Shown: piece after piece, positions 1-7,466 of the stretch
Layout: each line of letters opens with the position of its first letter
Position numbering within the stretch: the stretch's first letter is position 1
DNA from: a bacterium
Lineage (GTDB): Bacteria; Bdellovibrionota; JAFGOL01
Length of the DNA: 14,657 nt
NCBI GenBank assembly: GCA_037128215.1
Contig: JBAXWW010000016.1
Location: forward strand, 1 to 14,657
Reading direction: 5' to 3'
Translations under genes and position numbers: made by a program
Notes under the pieces: generated by a model
Seen by the model: only the letters and a program-made list of their open reading frames with translations
Told to the model about the DNA's origin: nothing
Database searches by the model: none

Positions 1-1
1 G

Positions 2-664
2 ATAGATCGTTCTCATGCATCAGGTCTTTATGAAATAGTTGAAGGTCTTGCAAGAAAAGCACAACTTCCAATGCCTAAGGTTTACGTCGTACCACAGGAT
101 TCTCCAAATGCGTTTGCAACAGGTAGAAGTTATAAAACAGCTGCAGTTGCTGCAACAAGAGGTCTATTAAATGATCTCTCAAAAGAAGAAATAGAAGCTG
201 TAATGGCTCATGAAATAACACATATTAAGAACAGAGACATTCTTGTTAGCACTTTAGCTGCAGTGATAGCTTCTGCTATAATGCATATAACAGCTATAGC
301 AAAGTGGGGAATGATCTTTGGCTTTGGCAGGAACGACGATAGTGAGGGTAATGGTGGGCTTTTTACTACGATATTACTGATAATACTTGCACCAATAGCG
401 GCGATACTTATACAAAGTGCTATATCTAGATCTAGGGAATATATGGCAGATAAAGGTGGAAAAACACTAATAGGTACTGGGATGCCTTTGGCAAATGCGT
501 TAAGAAAAATAGACAGCATCTCTAAACGTGAACAGCCTATGGATGCCGGTCCAGAAACTGCACACATGTTTATAATCAATCCATTTTCTGGAAGATCCAT
601 GCTTACTTTATTTAGTACTCATCCTGCAACAGAAGACAGAATACAAAAACTGATTTACGAATAA
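2..664 (+). CDS. htpX: HtpX-family M48 zinc metalloprotease, C-terminal part (5' end lies outside the window)
   Basis: Reading frame is open from position 2. HEITH zinc-binding motif and downstream STHPATEDRI motif typical of HtpX. The NAFATG segment is mid-protein in HtpX homologues, so the true start is upstream of the window. Confidence 0.88.
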   Translation: MDRSHASGLYEIVEGLARKAQLPMPKVYVVPQDSPNAFATGRSYKTAAVAATRGLLNDLSKEEIEAVMAHEITHIKNRDILVSTLAAVIASAIMHITAIAKWGMIFGFGRNDDSEGNGGLFTTILLIILAPIAAILIQSAISRSREYMADKGGKTLIGTGMPLANALRKIDSISKREQPMDAGPETAHMFIINPFSGRSMLTLFSTHPATEDRIQKLIYE

Positions 665-698
665 AAAAAGAATTGTAAAAAAAACACAGGGAGGATAA

Positions 699-1004
699 AT
701 GGACCAGCAAAAAAACATGGAAATAGATTTTGCAACTTTTTTAATGTCTTTAGCTTCTGCGGCTTATTGTTCTTTGGGTTTAGTTCCCAACCCAATAACA
801 AAAACTACAGAAAAAAACTTAGTTCTTGCAAAACAGCAAATTGGTTTGATCGAACTTCTTAAACAGAAGACCGCAGGAAATCTTACCAAGGAGGAGGAGC
901 AGTTAACAGAATCACTTCTTTATCAACTTCACATGTCTTACGTTAAGCTTACAGAAACACAAACTAAAGTAGAGGAGAGCAAAGATGGAGAGAAAAAACA
1001 ATAA
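699..1004 (+). CDS. Small conserved hypothetical protein (101 aa), resembles the DUF1844 family from memory
   Basis: GGGAGG Shine-Dalgarno 6-7 nt upstream of ATG. Motifs DFATFLMSLAS...LG, NP, AKQQIGLIELL, KT.GNLT.EE..L...LY.L.M.YV match my recollection of DUF1844 small proteins. No signal peptide. Overlaps htrA start by 20 nt. Confidence 0.6.
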   Translation: MDQQKNMEIDFATFLMSLASAAYCSLGLVPNPITKTTEKNLVLAKQQIGLIELLKQKTAGNLTKEEEQLTESLLYQLHMSYVKLTETQTKVEESKDGEKKQ

Positions 1005-2493
1005 ACTAAAAACTTTTGTTAATCTTTCTTTATTAGGGTCTATCTTATTCTTACAAACAACTTCAGCATGCGCAAAAGAAAATTTATGGTATGAAAAAAA
1101 CAAGGGAACAACTACAGCTAAATCAGAAGAGATTACTAAGGCAAAAAATACTTTTGTAGGTCTTGCAAAAGAACTTAATCCGACCGTTGTTAATATTTTT
1201 ACTAGTCAGACTGTAAAAGTTAATATGGGATACTCTGACGATATGTTCCGTATGCTTGATCAGTTTATGGGTGGCAGAAGAGGCCTCTCTATGCCAAATA
1301 TGCCCAAGGAACAAAAAACAATGGCTCTTGGTTCTGGTGTTTTGATCAATAAAGAGGGCTATATAATAACAAATAATCATGTCGTTAATGCTGCAGATAA
1401 AATAAGTGTTAAATTATTCGACGGCAAAGAATATGATGCAAAGGTAATTGGTACAGATAAGGAAACAGATATTGCGGTTATCAAGATAAATGCAAAAAAA
1501 GATCTTCCTTTTGCATATCTTGGTGATTCTTCTAAAGTTGAAGTCGGAGAATGGGTAATAGCGATAGGAAATCCTATCGGACAATCAAATACTGTCACAG
1601 CTGGCATTGTCTCTGCAAAAGGCAGACTGGTTCCAGAAGTTAATTCCTACAATGATTTTATACAAACTGATGCAGCCATAAATCCTGGTAATTCAGGTGG
1701 TCCACTAATAAATATAGATGGAGAAGTAATAGGTATAAATACAGCCATTACAAGAGGTAGTGGTTTTGTCCCAATAGAGGGTATCGGTTTTGCAATTCCT
1801 GTTAACAATATAAAAAGTAATTTAGAAAAATTAGTCAAAGGACAAAAAGTCTCTCACAAATATGCCTGGTTAGGTGTTTATATGGGAGAATTGACCCCTT
1901 CTATAGCGGAGTCACTTGGTCTAAAACAGGATGAGGACGGGGTTGTTGTTAACGACGTTGTCAAAAATACTCCAGCAGCAAAAGCAGGTCTTAAAACTTA
2001 TGACATAATTACTACTTTTGATGGTAATTCTGTTAAAACACCGATGGATCTGACTATGATGATAAGGCGAGCAGAAATTGGTAAAACATATGCTCTAGAC
2101 ATAATAAGGGGTAAGTCTCATAAAAAAGTGAATGTAAAACTCGTTGAAAAAGAGAGTACTGAAGAACCTTCTGTTGAAGGAAAGGATACTGCTCCTAGCG
2201 CAGATATAGACAGCAAAACAGGCGTAGATGTAAAAACAATCACGCCGGATCTCATAAAAAAATATAAACTTGATGGAGTAACAGCATCAGAAGGTGTATA
2301 CGTTGTGTCTGTTGATGCTGAGTCCAATATTGCGATGGCTGGAGTTGTAAATGGCGATATTATTCTGGAAGTAAATCAAAAGAAGATCTCCAGTGATAAA
2401 GATTTTTATAAGAACTTTAAGAACAAGGGTAGTAACATGTTAAAGATCAAAAGAGGCAATAGCATTGTTGTCTTAGCATTTACGTTCCAATAG
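985..2493 (+). CDS. htrA: Periplasmic serine endoprotease HtrA/DegP/DegQ family (trypsin-like domain plus two PDZ domains)
   Basis: GAGGAGAG Shine-Dalgarno upstream. N-terminal signal peptide (LLGSILFLQTTSAC). Catalytic triad contexts TNNHVV (His), DIAVIKI (Asp), GNSGGPL (Ser). Two PDZ-like regions separated by an acidic/Lys linker. Confidence 0.92.
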   Translation: MERKNNKLKTFVNLSLLGSILFLQTTSACAKENLWYEKNKGTTTAKSEEITKAKNTFVGLAKELNPTVVNIFTSQTVKVNMGYSDDMFRMLDQFMGGRRGLSMPNMPKEQKTMALGSGVLINKEGYIITNNHVVNAADKISVKLFDGKEYDAKVIGTDKETDIAVIKINAKKDLPFAYLGDSSKVEVGEWVIAIGNPIGQSNTVTAGIVSAKGRLVPEVNSYNDFIQTDAAINPGNSGGPLINIDGEVIGINTAITRGSGFVPIEGIGFAIPVNNIKSNLEKLVKGQKVSHKYAWLGVYMGELTPSIAESLGLKQDEDGVVVNDVVKNTPAAKAGLKTYDIITTFDGNSVKTPMDLTMMIRRAEIGKTYALDIIRGKSHKKVNVKLVEKESTEEPSVEGKDTAPSADIDSKTGVDVKTITPDLIKKYKLDGVTASEGVYVVSVDAESNIAMAGVVNGDIILEVNQKKISSDKDFYKNFKNKGSNMLKIKRGNSIVVLAFTFQ

Positions 2494-2532
2494 TTATTGT
2501 TTTTTAACAACAAAGAGGTTTAGATATAAGAC

Positions 2533-3468
2533 TTGAACAGCATTAATATAAAGACGCCAGCTAAGATAAATCTTGGTCTATACATAACAGGTAAAAGACC
2601 AAATGGTTATCATGAGCTGGCGTCTATTTTCTTGCCTGTAGGATTATTTGATAACCTTGATCTAAATATAAATTCATCTTCAAACACACTAAAAATAAAT
2701 GTGTCAGGACCCTTTTCTGATTCTTGCCCATCAGATGAAAAGAATATCGTTTTTAAAATATACAATTTGATGAAAGACCTTTTTATGGAACGAAAAAAAA
2801 ATAACGATCACAATTTAGGCATAGATCTAACACTTACTAAAAACATTCCATCAGAGGCAGGTCTTGGTGGCGGAAGTTCAGATGCCGCAGGTTTTCTTAA
2901 GGCTTTAAACCAAATCTGGGACCTGAACTTATCCATTGAAGAGCTTAAAACAATTGGCTCAAAAGTTGGTGCGGATGTTCCATTTTTCATACAGGAAAGC
3001 CCTGCTATGGTTACTGGAATAGGCGATATTATTAGACCTTTTAAGCTTGAACGTGATTATTGGGTTATTGTCATAAAGCCTAAGGCTGGCCTGTCTACAG
3101 CCCAAGTCTATAAGGCGTTTACTTTGGATTTGACTTTAAAAAACAGTAATGTTAAACACTCAGAACTCTTGGAAAGTTTATCTTTTCACGGGCTAAAAAA
3201 GGCGGAGGAGCTAAGTAATCTTTCTAATAACTTAGAAAGAGTGAGTTCTGCGATACTGCCAGATATCATTGCCATTAGGAGTTACCTGGATAGTCTAAGT
3301 CCTAATGTCTGTATGATGAGTGGTAGTGGAAGTGCCGTTTTTGCTCTTTTTGATAAAGAGCCCAAGCAAGTACTTGAGTCGCTGAATCCTTCATGGTTTC
3401 TTTGCTCAACAAAAGTTTTGAGAGGGCAGTATGCAAATTACAGAGATCAAAGTTTATCCGGTAAATGA
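2533..3468 (+). CDS. ispE: 4-diphosphocytidyl-2-C-methyl-D-erythritol kinase (IspE), TTG start
   Basis: N-terminal PAKINLGLYITGKRPNGYHEL and GHMP-kinase ATP motif PSEAGLGGGSSDAAGF. TTG start with AAAGAGG 14 nt upstream; exact start uncertain. 3' end overlaps spoVG by 38 nt in a different frame. Confidence 0.85.
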   Translation: MNSINIKTPAKINLGLYITGKRPNGYHELASIFLPVGLFDNLDLNINSSSNTLKINVSGPFSDSCPSDEKNIVFKIYNLMKDLFMERKKNNDHNLGIDLTLTKNIPSEAGLGGGSSDAAGFLKALNQIWDLNLSIEELKTIGSKVGADVPFFIQESPAMVTGIGDIIRPFKLERDYWVIVIKPKAGLSTAQVYKAFTLDLTLKNSNVKHSELLESLSFHGLKKAEELSNLSNNLERVSSAILPDIIAIRSYLDSLSPNVCMMSGSGSAVFALFDKEPKQVLESLNPSWFLCSTKVLRGQYANYRDQSLSGK

Positions 3469-3721
3469 AGACAAACTTAAAGCTTACATTACTGTTACCT
3501 TTGACGGTTGTTTTGTAGTTAGAGATCTAAAAGTAATTCAAGGTAACAACAGACTTTTTGTTGCTATGCCAAGCAGACGAATGAAAGATGGTAGCTTTAG
3601 AGACGTAGTTCACCCTTCGAATGCTGAAATGAGAGAGACTCTTGAGAAGGCTATTTTTGAGGAATATAATAATACACTCAATACGCCTGCCTCTGTTAAC
3701 GACGTTGTTGTAGAAGCTTAA
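3431..3721 (+). CDS. spoVG: SpoVG family protein (septation/regulatory nucleic-acid-binding protein)
   Basis: Canonical MQITEIKVYPV...FVVRDLKVIQGNNRLFVAMPSRRMKDGSFRDVVHP matches SpoVG almost residue for residue; 96 aa. AGAGGG just upstream of ATG. Confidence 0.92.
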   Translation: MQITEIKVYPVNEDKLKAYITVTFDGCFVVRDLKVIQGNNRLFVAMPSRRMKDGSFRDVVHPSNAEMRETLEKAIFEEYNNTLNTPASVNDVVVEA

Positions 3722-3726
3722 TTGTT

Positions 3727-3802
3727 TGGGGCGTAGCCAAGTTGGTAAGGCACAAGATTTTGATTCTTGCATTCCCAGGTTCGAGTCCTGGCGCCCCAGC
3801 CA
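3727..3802 (+). tRNA. tRNA-Gln (anticodon UUG)
   Basis: Folded by hand. Acceptor stem UGGGGCG/CGCCCCA with U1:A72, discriminator G, 3' CCA encoded. D-arm GCC/GGC. Anticodon stem CAAGA/UCUUG with loop UUUUGAU (anticodon UUG). T-arm CCAGG-UUCGAGU-CCUGG. Very similar to E. coli tRNA-Gln. Lies 5 nt after the spoVG stop. Confidence 0.9.
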
Positions 3803-3846
3803 GAACAACTTAGAACCAAAGGAAAAATTGTTTTTTAGGAGGAAGG

Positions 3847-4791
3847 ATGATTGACAACATGAAGCTTTTGACTGGAGCCTCAAATCCTGAGCTTGCACAA
3901 AAGGTTGCAGGTTATCTTGGTGTTCCAATCACACCCATGGATGTCAAAAGATTCTCCGACGGCGAGATATTTATAGAGATAAAAGAAAGTGTAAGAGGTA
4001 ACGATTTATATATTATTCAGTCGACTTGTCCTCCAGTGAATGAAAACCTTATGGAACTTTTGATAATATTAGATACATGTAAACGTGCTTCTGCAAAAAG
4101 CATTAACGTCATTATTCCTTACTTTGGTTATGCAAGGCAGGATAGAAAAGTAAATCCTAGAACTCCAATTACAGCAAGGATGATTGCTGACCTTTTGGGC
4201 ACAGCTGGTGCTACAAGGGTTATGAGTATAGATCTTCACTCTGGACAGATTCAGGGTTTCTTTAATATGCCTTTTGATAATATTTATGCTTCTCCAGTTT
4301 TGTTGAACAAGATCCAAACATCTTTTCAGGGAGAAAAAATAACAGTTGTTTCTCCGGATGCTGGTGGTGTAGATAGAGCAAGAGGTTTTGCTAAAAAGCT
4401 AGATTGTGGTTTTGCGATAATAGATAAAAGACGTTCAGCTCCTAATGAATCAAAGGTTATGCACCTTATAGGAGATGTAAAGGGCAGTATTGCTCTTATA
4501 GTTGACGATATGATAGATACAGCTGGGACACTTTGTAATACAGCTGCTGCTGTTAAAGAAAATGGCGCTATAAAAGTTTTTGCTGCAGCTACTCATGGCG
4601 TTCTTTCTGGTCCAGCGATTTCTAGAATACATGAGTCAGTACTTGAAGAGGTTTATGTCACAGACACTATTCCTCAGTCGAATAAAGTTAGTAACACACA
4701 TAAGATAAAGGTGCTGTCAGTAGCATCTCTGCTTGGTGAGGCTATAAGAAGAATACATTTAAGGGAATCAGTAAGTTCTCTCTTTATGTAA
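3847..4791 (+). CDS. prs: Ribose-phosphate pyrophosphokinase (PRPP synthetase)
   Basis: RFSDGEI, QSTCPP.NENLMELL, IPYFGYARQDRK, and PRPP-binding loop LIVDDMIDTAGT. AGGAGG 4 nt upstream of ATG 3847. An alternative start at ATG 3859 (MKLL) matches typical Prs N-termini better. Confidence 0.92.
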   Translation: MIDNMKLLTGASNPELAQKVAGYLGVPITPMDVKRFSDGEIFIEIKESVRGNDLYIIQSTCPPVNENLMELLIILDTCKRASAKSINVIIPYFGYARQDRKVNPRTPITARMIADLLGTAGATRVMSIDLHSGQIQGFFNMPFDNIYASPVLLNKIQTSFQGEKITVVSPDAGGVDRARGFAKKLDCGFAIIDKRRSAPNESKVMHLIGDVKGSIALIVDDMIDTAGTLCNTAAAVKENGAIKVFAAATHGVLSGPAISRIHESVLEEVYVTDTIPQSNKVSNTHKIKVLSVASLLGEAIRRIHLRESVSSLFM

Positions 4792-4817
4792 AAACAATTG
4801 GTATGGAGGAGATATAA

Positions 4818-5567
4818 ATGAAGAGTGTAGAGATCGAAGTATTTGCTAGATCAACGATGACAAAGAACGAGTTGGGAAGATTTAGGGCACAAGGGAATGT
4901 ACCTGCAATCCTTTATGGAAAGCATATAGAAAACAATATTCCGCTTTTTTTCAGCGCTAATACATTTTCAAAAATTCTTAATACATCAGGAAAATCATCA
5001 ATCCTTATTTTTAAGTCAAATGATTCTAAATTAAATGGAACGTCTGCTCTTGTTAAAGATATCCAGAGAGATTCTATTACTACTAATTTTTTGAATGTTG
5101 ACCTTGTAGAAATAAGAAAGGGTGAAAAATTAACAGTAAGAATTCCTATCGATTTTGTTGGTGAGCCAGCTGGTCTTAAACAGGGTGGTGTTATCGACAT
5201 ACAGAGAAGAGAACTTGAAGTTCAGTGTCTGCCTACAGATATACCAGACAAGATCACAGTAGATATTAATGGTTTAGAACTTAATGATGTTATACATATT
5301 TCTGACTTGAAACTAGGCGAAGGCATCAAGATAATGGACGATGGATCTTATGCTCTTATCTCTGTTAGAGTCGTACGTGAAAAAGTTGAAGCAGTTGCTA
5401 CTCCTGTTGAAGGAGCAGAGGGTGTTGTTGCGGCAGAAGGTGCTGCTGCGGCTCCTGCTGCTGGTGCTGATGGAAAAGCAGCTCCTACTGCTGGAAAGAC
5501 AGCTGCTGCTGCCGCTCCTGCCGCTGGTGCAAAAGCTGGTTCCAAAGAAAAAGAAGCTAAGAAGTAA
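4818..5567 (+). CDS. rplY: 50S ribosomal protein L25 / general stress protein Ctc, with Ala/Gly/Lys-rich C-terminal tail
   Basis: GGAGGAG Shine-Dalgarno 6 nt upstream. N-terminal L25 fold signature (GRFRAQGNVPAILYG). C-terminal ~65 aa low-complexity AAAAPAAGA-type tail encoded by GCTGCT repeats. Confidence 0.88.
   Translation: MKSVEIEVFARSTMTKNELGRFRAQGNVPAILYGKHIENNIPLFFSANTFSKILNTSGKSSILIFKSNDSKLNGTSALVKDIQRDSITTNFLNVDLVEIRKGEKLTVRIPIDFVGEPAGLKQGGVIDIQRRELEVQCLPTDIPDKITVDINGLELNDVIHISDLKLGEGIKIMDDGSYALISVRVVREKVEAVATPVEGAEGVVAAEGAAAAPAAGADGKAAPTAGKTAAAAAPAAGAKAGSKEKEAKK
5395..5560 (+). repeat. GC-rich GCTGCT/GCWGCT codon-repeat tract encoding the Ala/Gly-rich Ctc tail
   Basis: Local GC is well above the window average. 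It generates spurious long ORFs in other frames (5341..5670 +, 5348..5545 -). Confidence 0.8.
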
Positions 5568-5569
5568 TT

Positions 5570-6202
5570 ATGTTCTTAGTTGTTGGTTTAGGAAATCCAG
5601 GACAAAAATATTCAAAGACCCGGCACAACGCCGGGTTTTTGTTTTTAGATTATCTTTTTTCTACATATAAAGGTTCTGATTTTTCTGAACACAAAAATTA
5701 TATTATTGCAGAAATAAAGATACAAAGACAAAAATTCCAACTTATAAAACCTACTACTTATATGAACCTCAGTGGCTCTGCTGTAAAAAAAGCAATTGGA
5801 GAGATAAAAACACAAGACAAGGATTTTAATATTGCCGAACAGGTTATGGTTGTACACGATGACGTTGATCTTGCACCAGGTCAGATAAAGATAAAAGAAA
5901 ATGGTGGAGATGGTGGACATAACGGTATTAAGGATATTATTGCTTCTCTTAATACTGATAATTTTTTGAGGATAAGGATCGGTGTTGGTCGTCCAGGAGA
6001 AAAATATCAAGATACTGCTGATCATGTTTTGGACGAGTTCACTAAACAGGAATGGGATGTCCTTTGGGAAGAGACTTTTCCTCGTTTAAAAAGATTCATA
6101 GATGAATACCTTGTTTTTGGTCTGGGAAAATCAAGAAGTAGAATAGTTCTTCCATTGGTTTCCGAAACAAAACCTAAAGAACAAACAAAGCCTAAATCAT
6201 AG
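5570..6202 (+). CDS. pth: Peptidyl-tRNA hydrolase
   Basis: MFLVVGLGNPG..Y..TRHNAGF N-terminal signature and later GHNG / IRIGVGRP motifs. Starts 2 nt after the ctc stop, as in the Bacillus ctc-pth arrangement. Confidence 0.92.
   Translation: MFLVVGLGNPGQKYSKTRHNAGFLFLDYLFSTYKGSDFSEHKNYIIAEIKIQRQKFQLIKPTTYMNLSGSAVKKAIGEIKTQDKDFNIAEQVMVVHDDVDLAPGQIKIKENGGDGGHNGIKDIIASLNTDNFLRIRIGVGRPGEKYQDTADHVLDEFTKQEWDVLWEETFPRLKRFIDEYLVFGLGKSRSRIVLPLVSETKPKEQTKPKS
5619..5646 (+). terminator. Intrinsic-terminator-like hairpin inside the pth coding sequence (CCCGGC-ACAAC-GCCGGG followed by UUUUUGUUUUU)
   Basis: Perfect 6-bp all-GC stem, 5-nt loop, extendable by A-U and G-U pairs, immediately followed by an 11-nt T-rich tract. 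Built from the codons for TRHNAGFLFL. Confidence 0.45.
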
Positions 6203-6832
6203 TGGTGTAAGGCCTATGCTTACGCCGTGTACCTTTGAAGCACCTTTTTGAATTAATATATCAGCACAACTGTTCATTGTTATACCTGTAGTCATTACAT
6301 CATCTAAAAGTAAGATGTTTTTACCTTTTATATCTGGGCTGTCGTGTCTTATGTAGTGTTTTTTATTACTGTTAATCCTTTGCTTTTTATCCTTACTTTT
6401 TTGGTTCCTTCCAAATATGGGAAAAAGTTTTCTACCTATTATTGGATAAAAAGGGATGTTCAACTTTTTTGATATGAGCCAGCTTAAGTAATTCATATGA
6501 GAAAAACCTCTTTTTATCTCCTCTATTGGGTGTGATGGAACAGGTACGATGATATCTGGGTTGAATGTTAGATTAATGTTTTCCAGGATTAATCCTGCAC
6601 AGACCTTGGCTTGCTTTAATTCTCTAGAGAACTTAAATAAACTAATTACTTTTTTTATGTTTTTTTCATATCTAAAAAGAGCGGAACACCTATAAGTATT
6701 CTTTTCTATAGTGACTATTGTTGCAGAGTACATTACGGGCTCTATGTCTCTTAAACAGGAAGTGCATAGACAAAGATTCAGGCCTCGTTTATGAAATATT
6801 TTTTGAAAACAAAGAGCACACCTCATGAGCAT
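6197..6832 (-). CDS. ComF family protein (ComFC-like phosphoribosyltransferase-domain protein)
   Basis: N-terminal Cys cluster (CALC...CTSC) and C-terminal PRT motif ILLLDDVMTTGITM typical of ComFC/ComF-family proteins. Convergent with pth and overlaps its 3' end by 6 nt. No clear Shine-Dalgarno. Confidence 0.72.
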   Translation of the reverse strand: MLMRCALCFQKIFHKRGLNLCLCTSCLRDIEPVMYSATIVTIEKNTYRCSALFRYEKNIKKVISLFKFSRELKQAKVCAGLILENINLTFNPDIIVPVPSHPIEEIKRGFSHMNYLSWLISKKLNIPFYPIIGRKLFPIFGRNQKSKDKKQRINSNKKHYIRHDSPDIKGKNILLLDDVMTTGITMNSCADILIQKGASKVHGVSIGLTPL

Positions 6833-6885
6833 TTTGTTGCAAGATTGAGGCTTTTATAGAAGGCCAGGTGTATCTATAGGTTTTG

Positions 6886-7317
6886 TTAGTTTTTGGATAT
6901 TATTATTAGTTTTTCGTTATTTAGATTTTTGCTATCGAGTTTTTTCCAGCCTAGCATAGAAACAGCATCCTCTTGAAAATCCTGTGGGAGTATAATAGAA
7001 CACAAATCACTTTCTAGCCCCATCAAGACATTTGGTATATCAATTTTTGTTTTATTGTCTATTCCTACGACTATAACCTTATTTATTGGGTGAATTTCAT
7101 TACAAGGGAGTAATAGTTTTTCTAGAGGTGTTGCTGTAAATTTTTTTTCTACTATAAGCCTTGATATTAGAGCATTAAGTCTCCAATCCACGTATTCTGC
7201 GACACCTTTTAGTGGGAGTAAAGGCGGTCTGGTGCCTATTATAAGAGTGTCTCCCTGTAATTGTCCTTTATATAAATCTTTACTGTCCATTCTTGCCATT
7301 ATACCAGAAACGGGCAA
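6886..7317 (-). CDS. Hypothetical protein (143 aa), no domain recognised
   Basis: Open frame with protein-like composition, same strand and 53 nt upstream of the ComF-like gene. Annotated start is TTG. In-frame ATGs at 7299 and 7290 are alternatives, with a TATAAT on the minus strand at 7305-7300 just upstream, which may indicate a short-leader transcript. Confidence 0.5.
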   Translation of the reverse strand: MPVSGIMARMDSKDLYKGQLQGDTLIIGTRPPLLPLKGVAEYVDWRLNALISRLIVEKKFTATPLEKLLLPCNEIHPINKVIVVGIDNKTKIDIPNVLMGLESDLCSIILPQDFQEDAVSMLGWKKLDSKNLNNEKLIIISKN

Positions 7318-7324
7318 AAAAATC

Positions 7325-7353
7325 TTGACTTGGAGTTTTAAACATAGTTTAAA
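7325..7353 (+). promoter_or_regulatory. Candidate sigma70-type promoter for rho (TTGACT-17-TTTAAA), weak -10
   Basis: Good -35 hexamer TTGACT at 7325-7330 in the 150-nt divergent intergenic region. The -10 is only 4/6, so this is tentative. Confidence 0.25.
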
Positions 7354-7466
7354 GTATTTACATACTCGGGGTTAAATCAATTATCTTTAATTAGGATCAA
7401 AAAAATCTCAAATGGAATAATCAAAAAGAAATGCCTTTTGTATCAATAAATTAATAGGAGAGTTTT

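Noticed and set aside
208-600. 130-aa minus-strand ORF inside htpX
   Set aside because: It is entirely antisense to a well-supported conserved CDS (HEXXH protease) and has a hydrophobic, low-complexity translation typical of shadow ORFs.
2494-2532. Possible hairpin TTGTTTTTTAACAA after the htrA stop as a terminator
   Set aside because: The stem is only 5 bp and all A-T, with no proper U-tract context. The 39-nt gap to ispE, with a Shine-Dalgarno, suggests read-through rather than termination.
3527-3928. 133-aa minus-strand ORF spanning spoVG 3' end, the tRNA-Gln and the prs start
   Set aside because: It overlaps three independently supported features (SpoVG, tRNA, Prs Shine-Dalgarno and start), so I treat it as spurious.
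5341-5670. 109-aa +strand ORF (Leu-rich) and the 65-aa minus ORF 5348..5545
   Set aside because: Both are artefacts of the GCTGCT repeat tract encoding the Ctc tail. The alternative frames of GCT repeats give Leu/Ala runs without stops.
6845-6865. Imperfect palindrome GGCTTTTATAGAAGGCC between the two minus-strand genes
   Set aside because: The stem needs a G-U pair and has no adjacent U-tract on either strand. It is too weak to call a terminator or operator.
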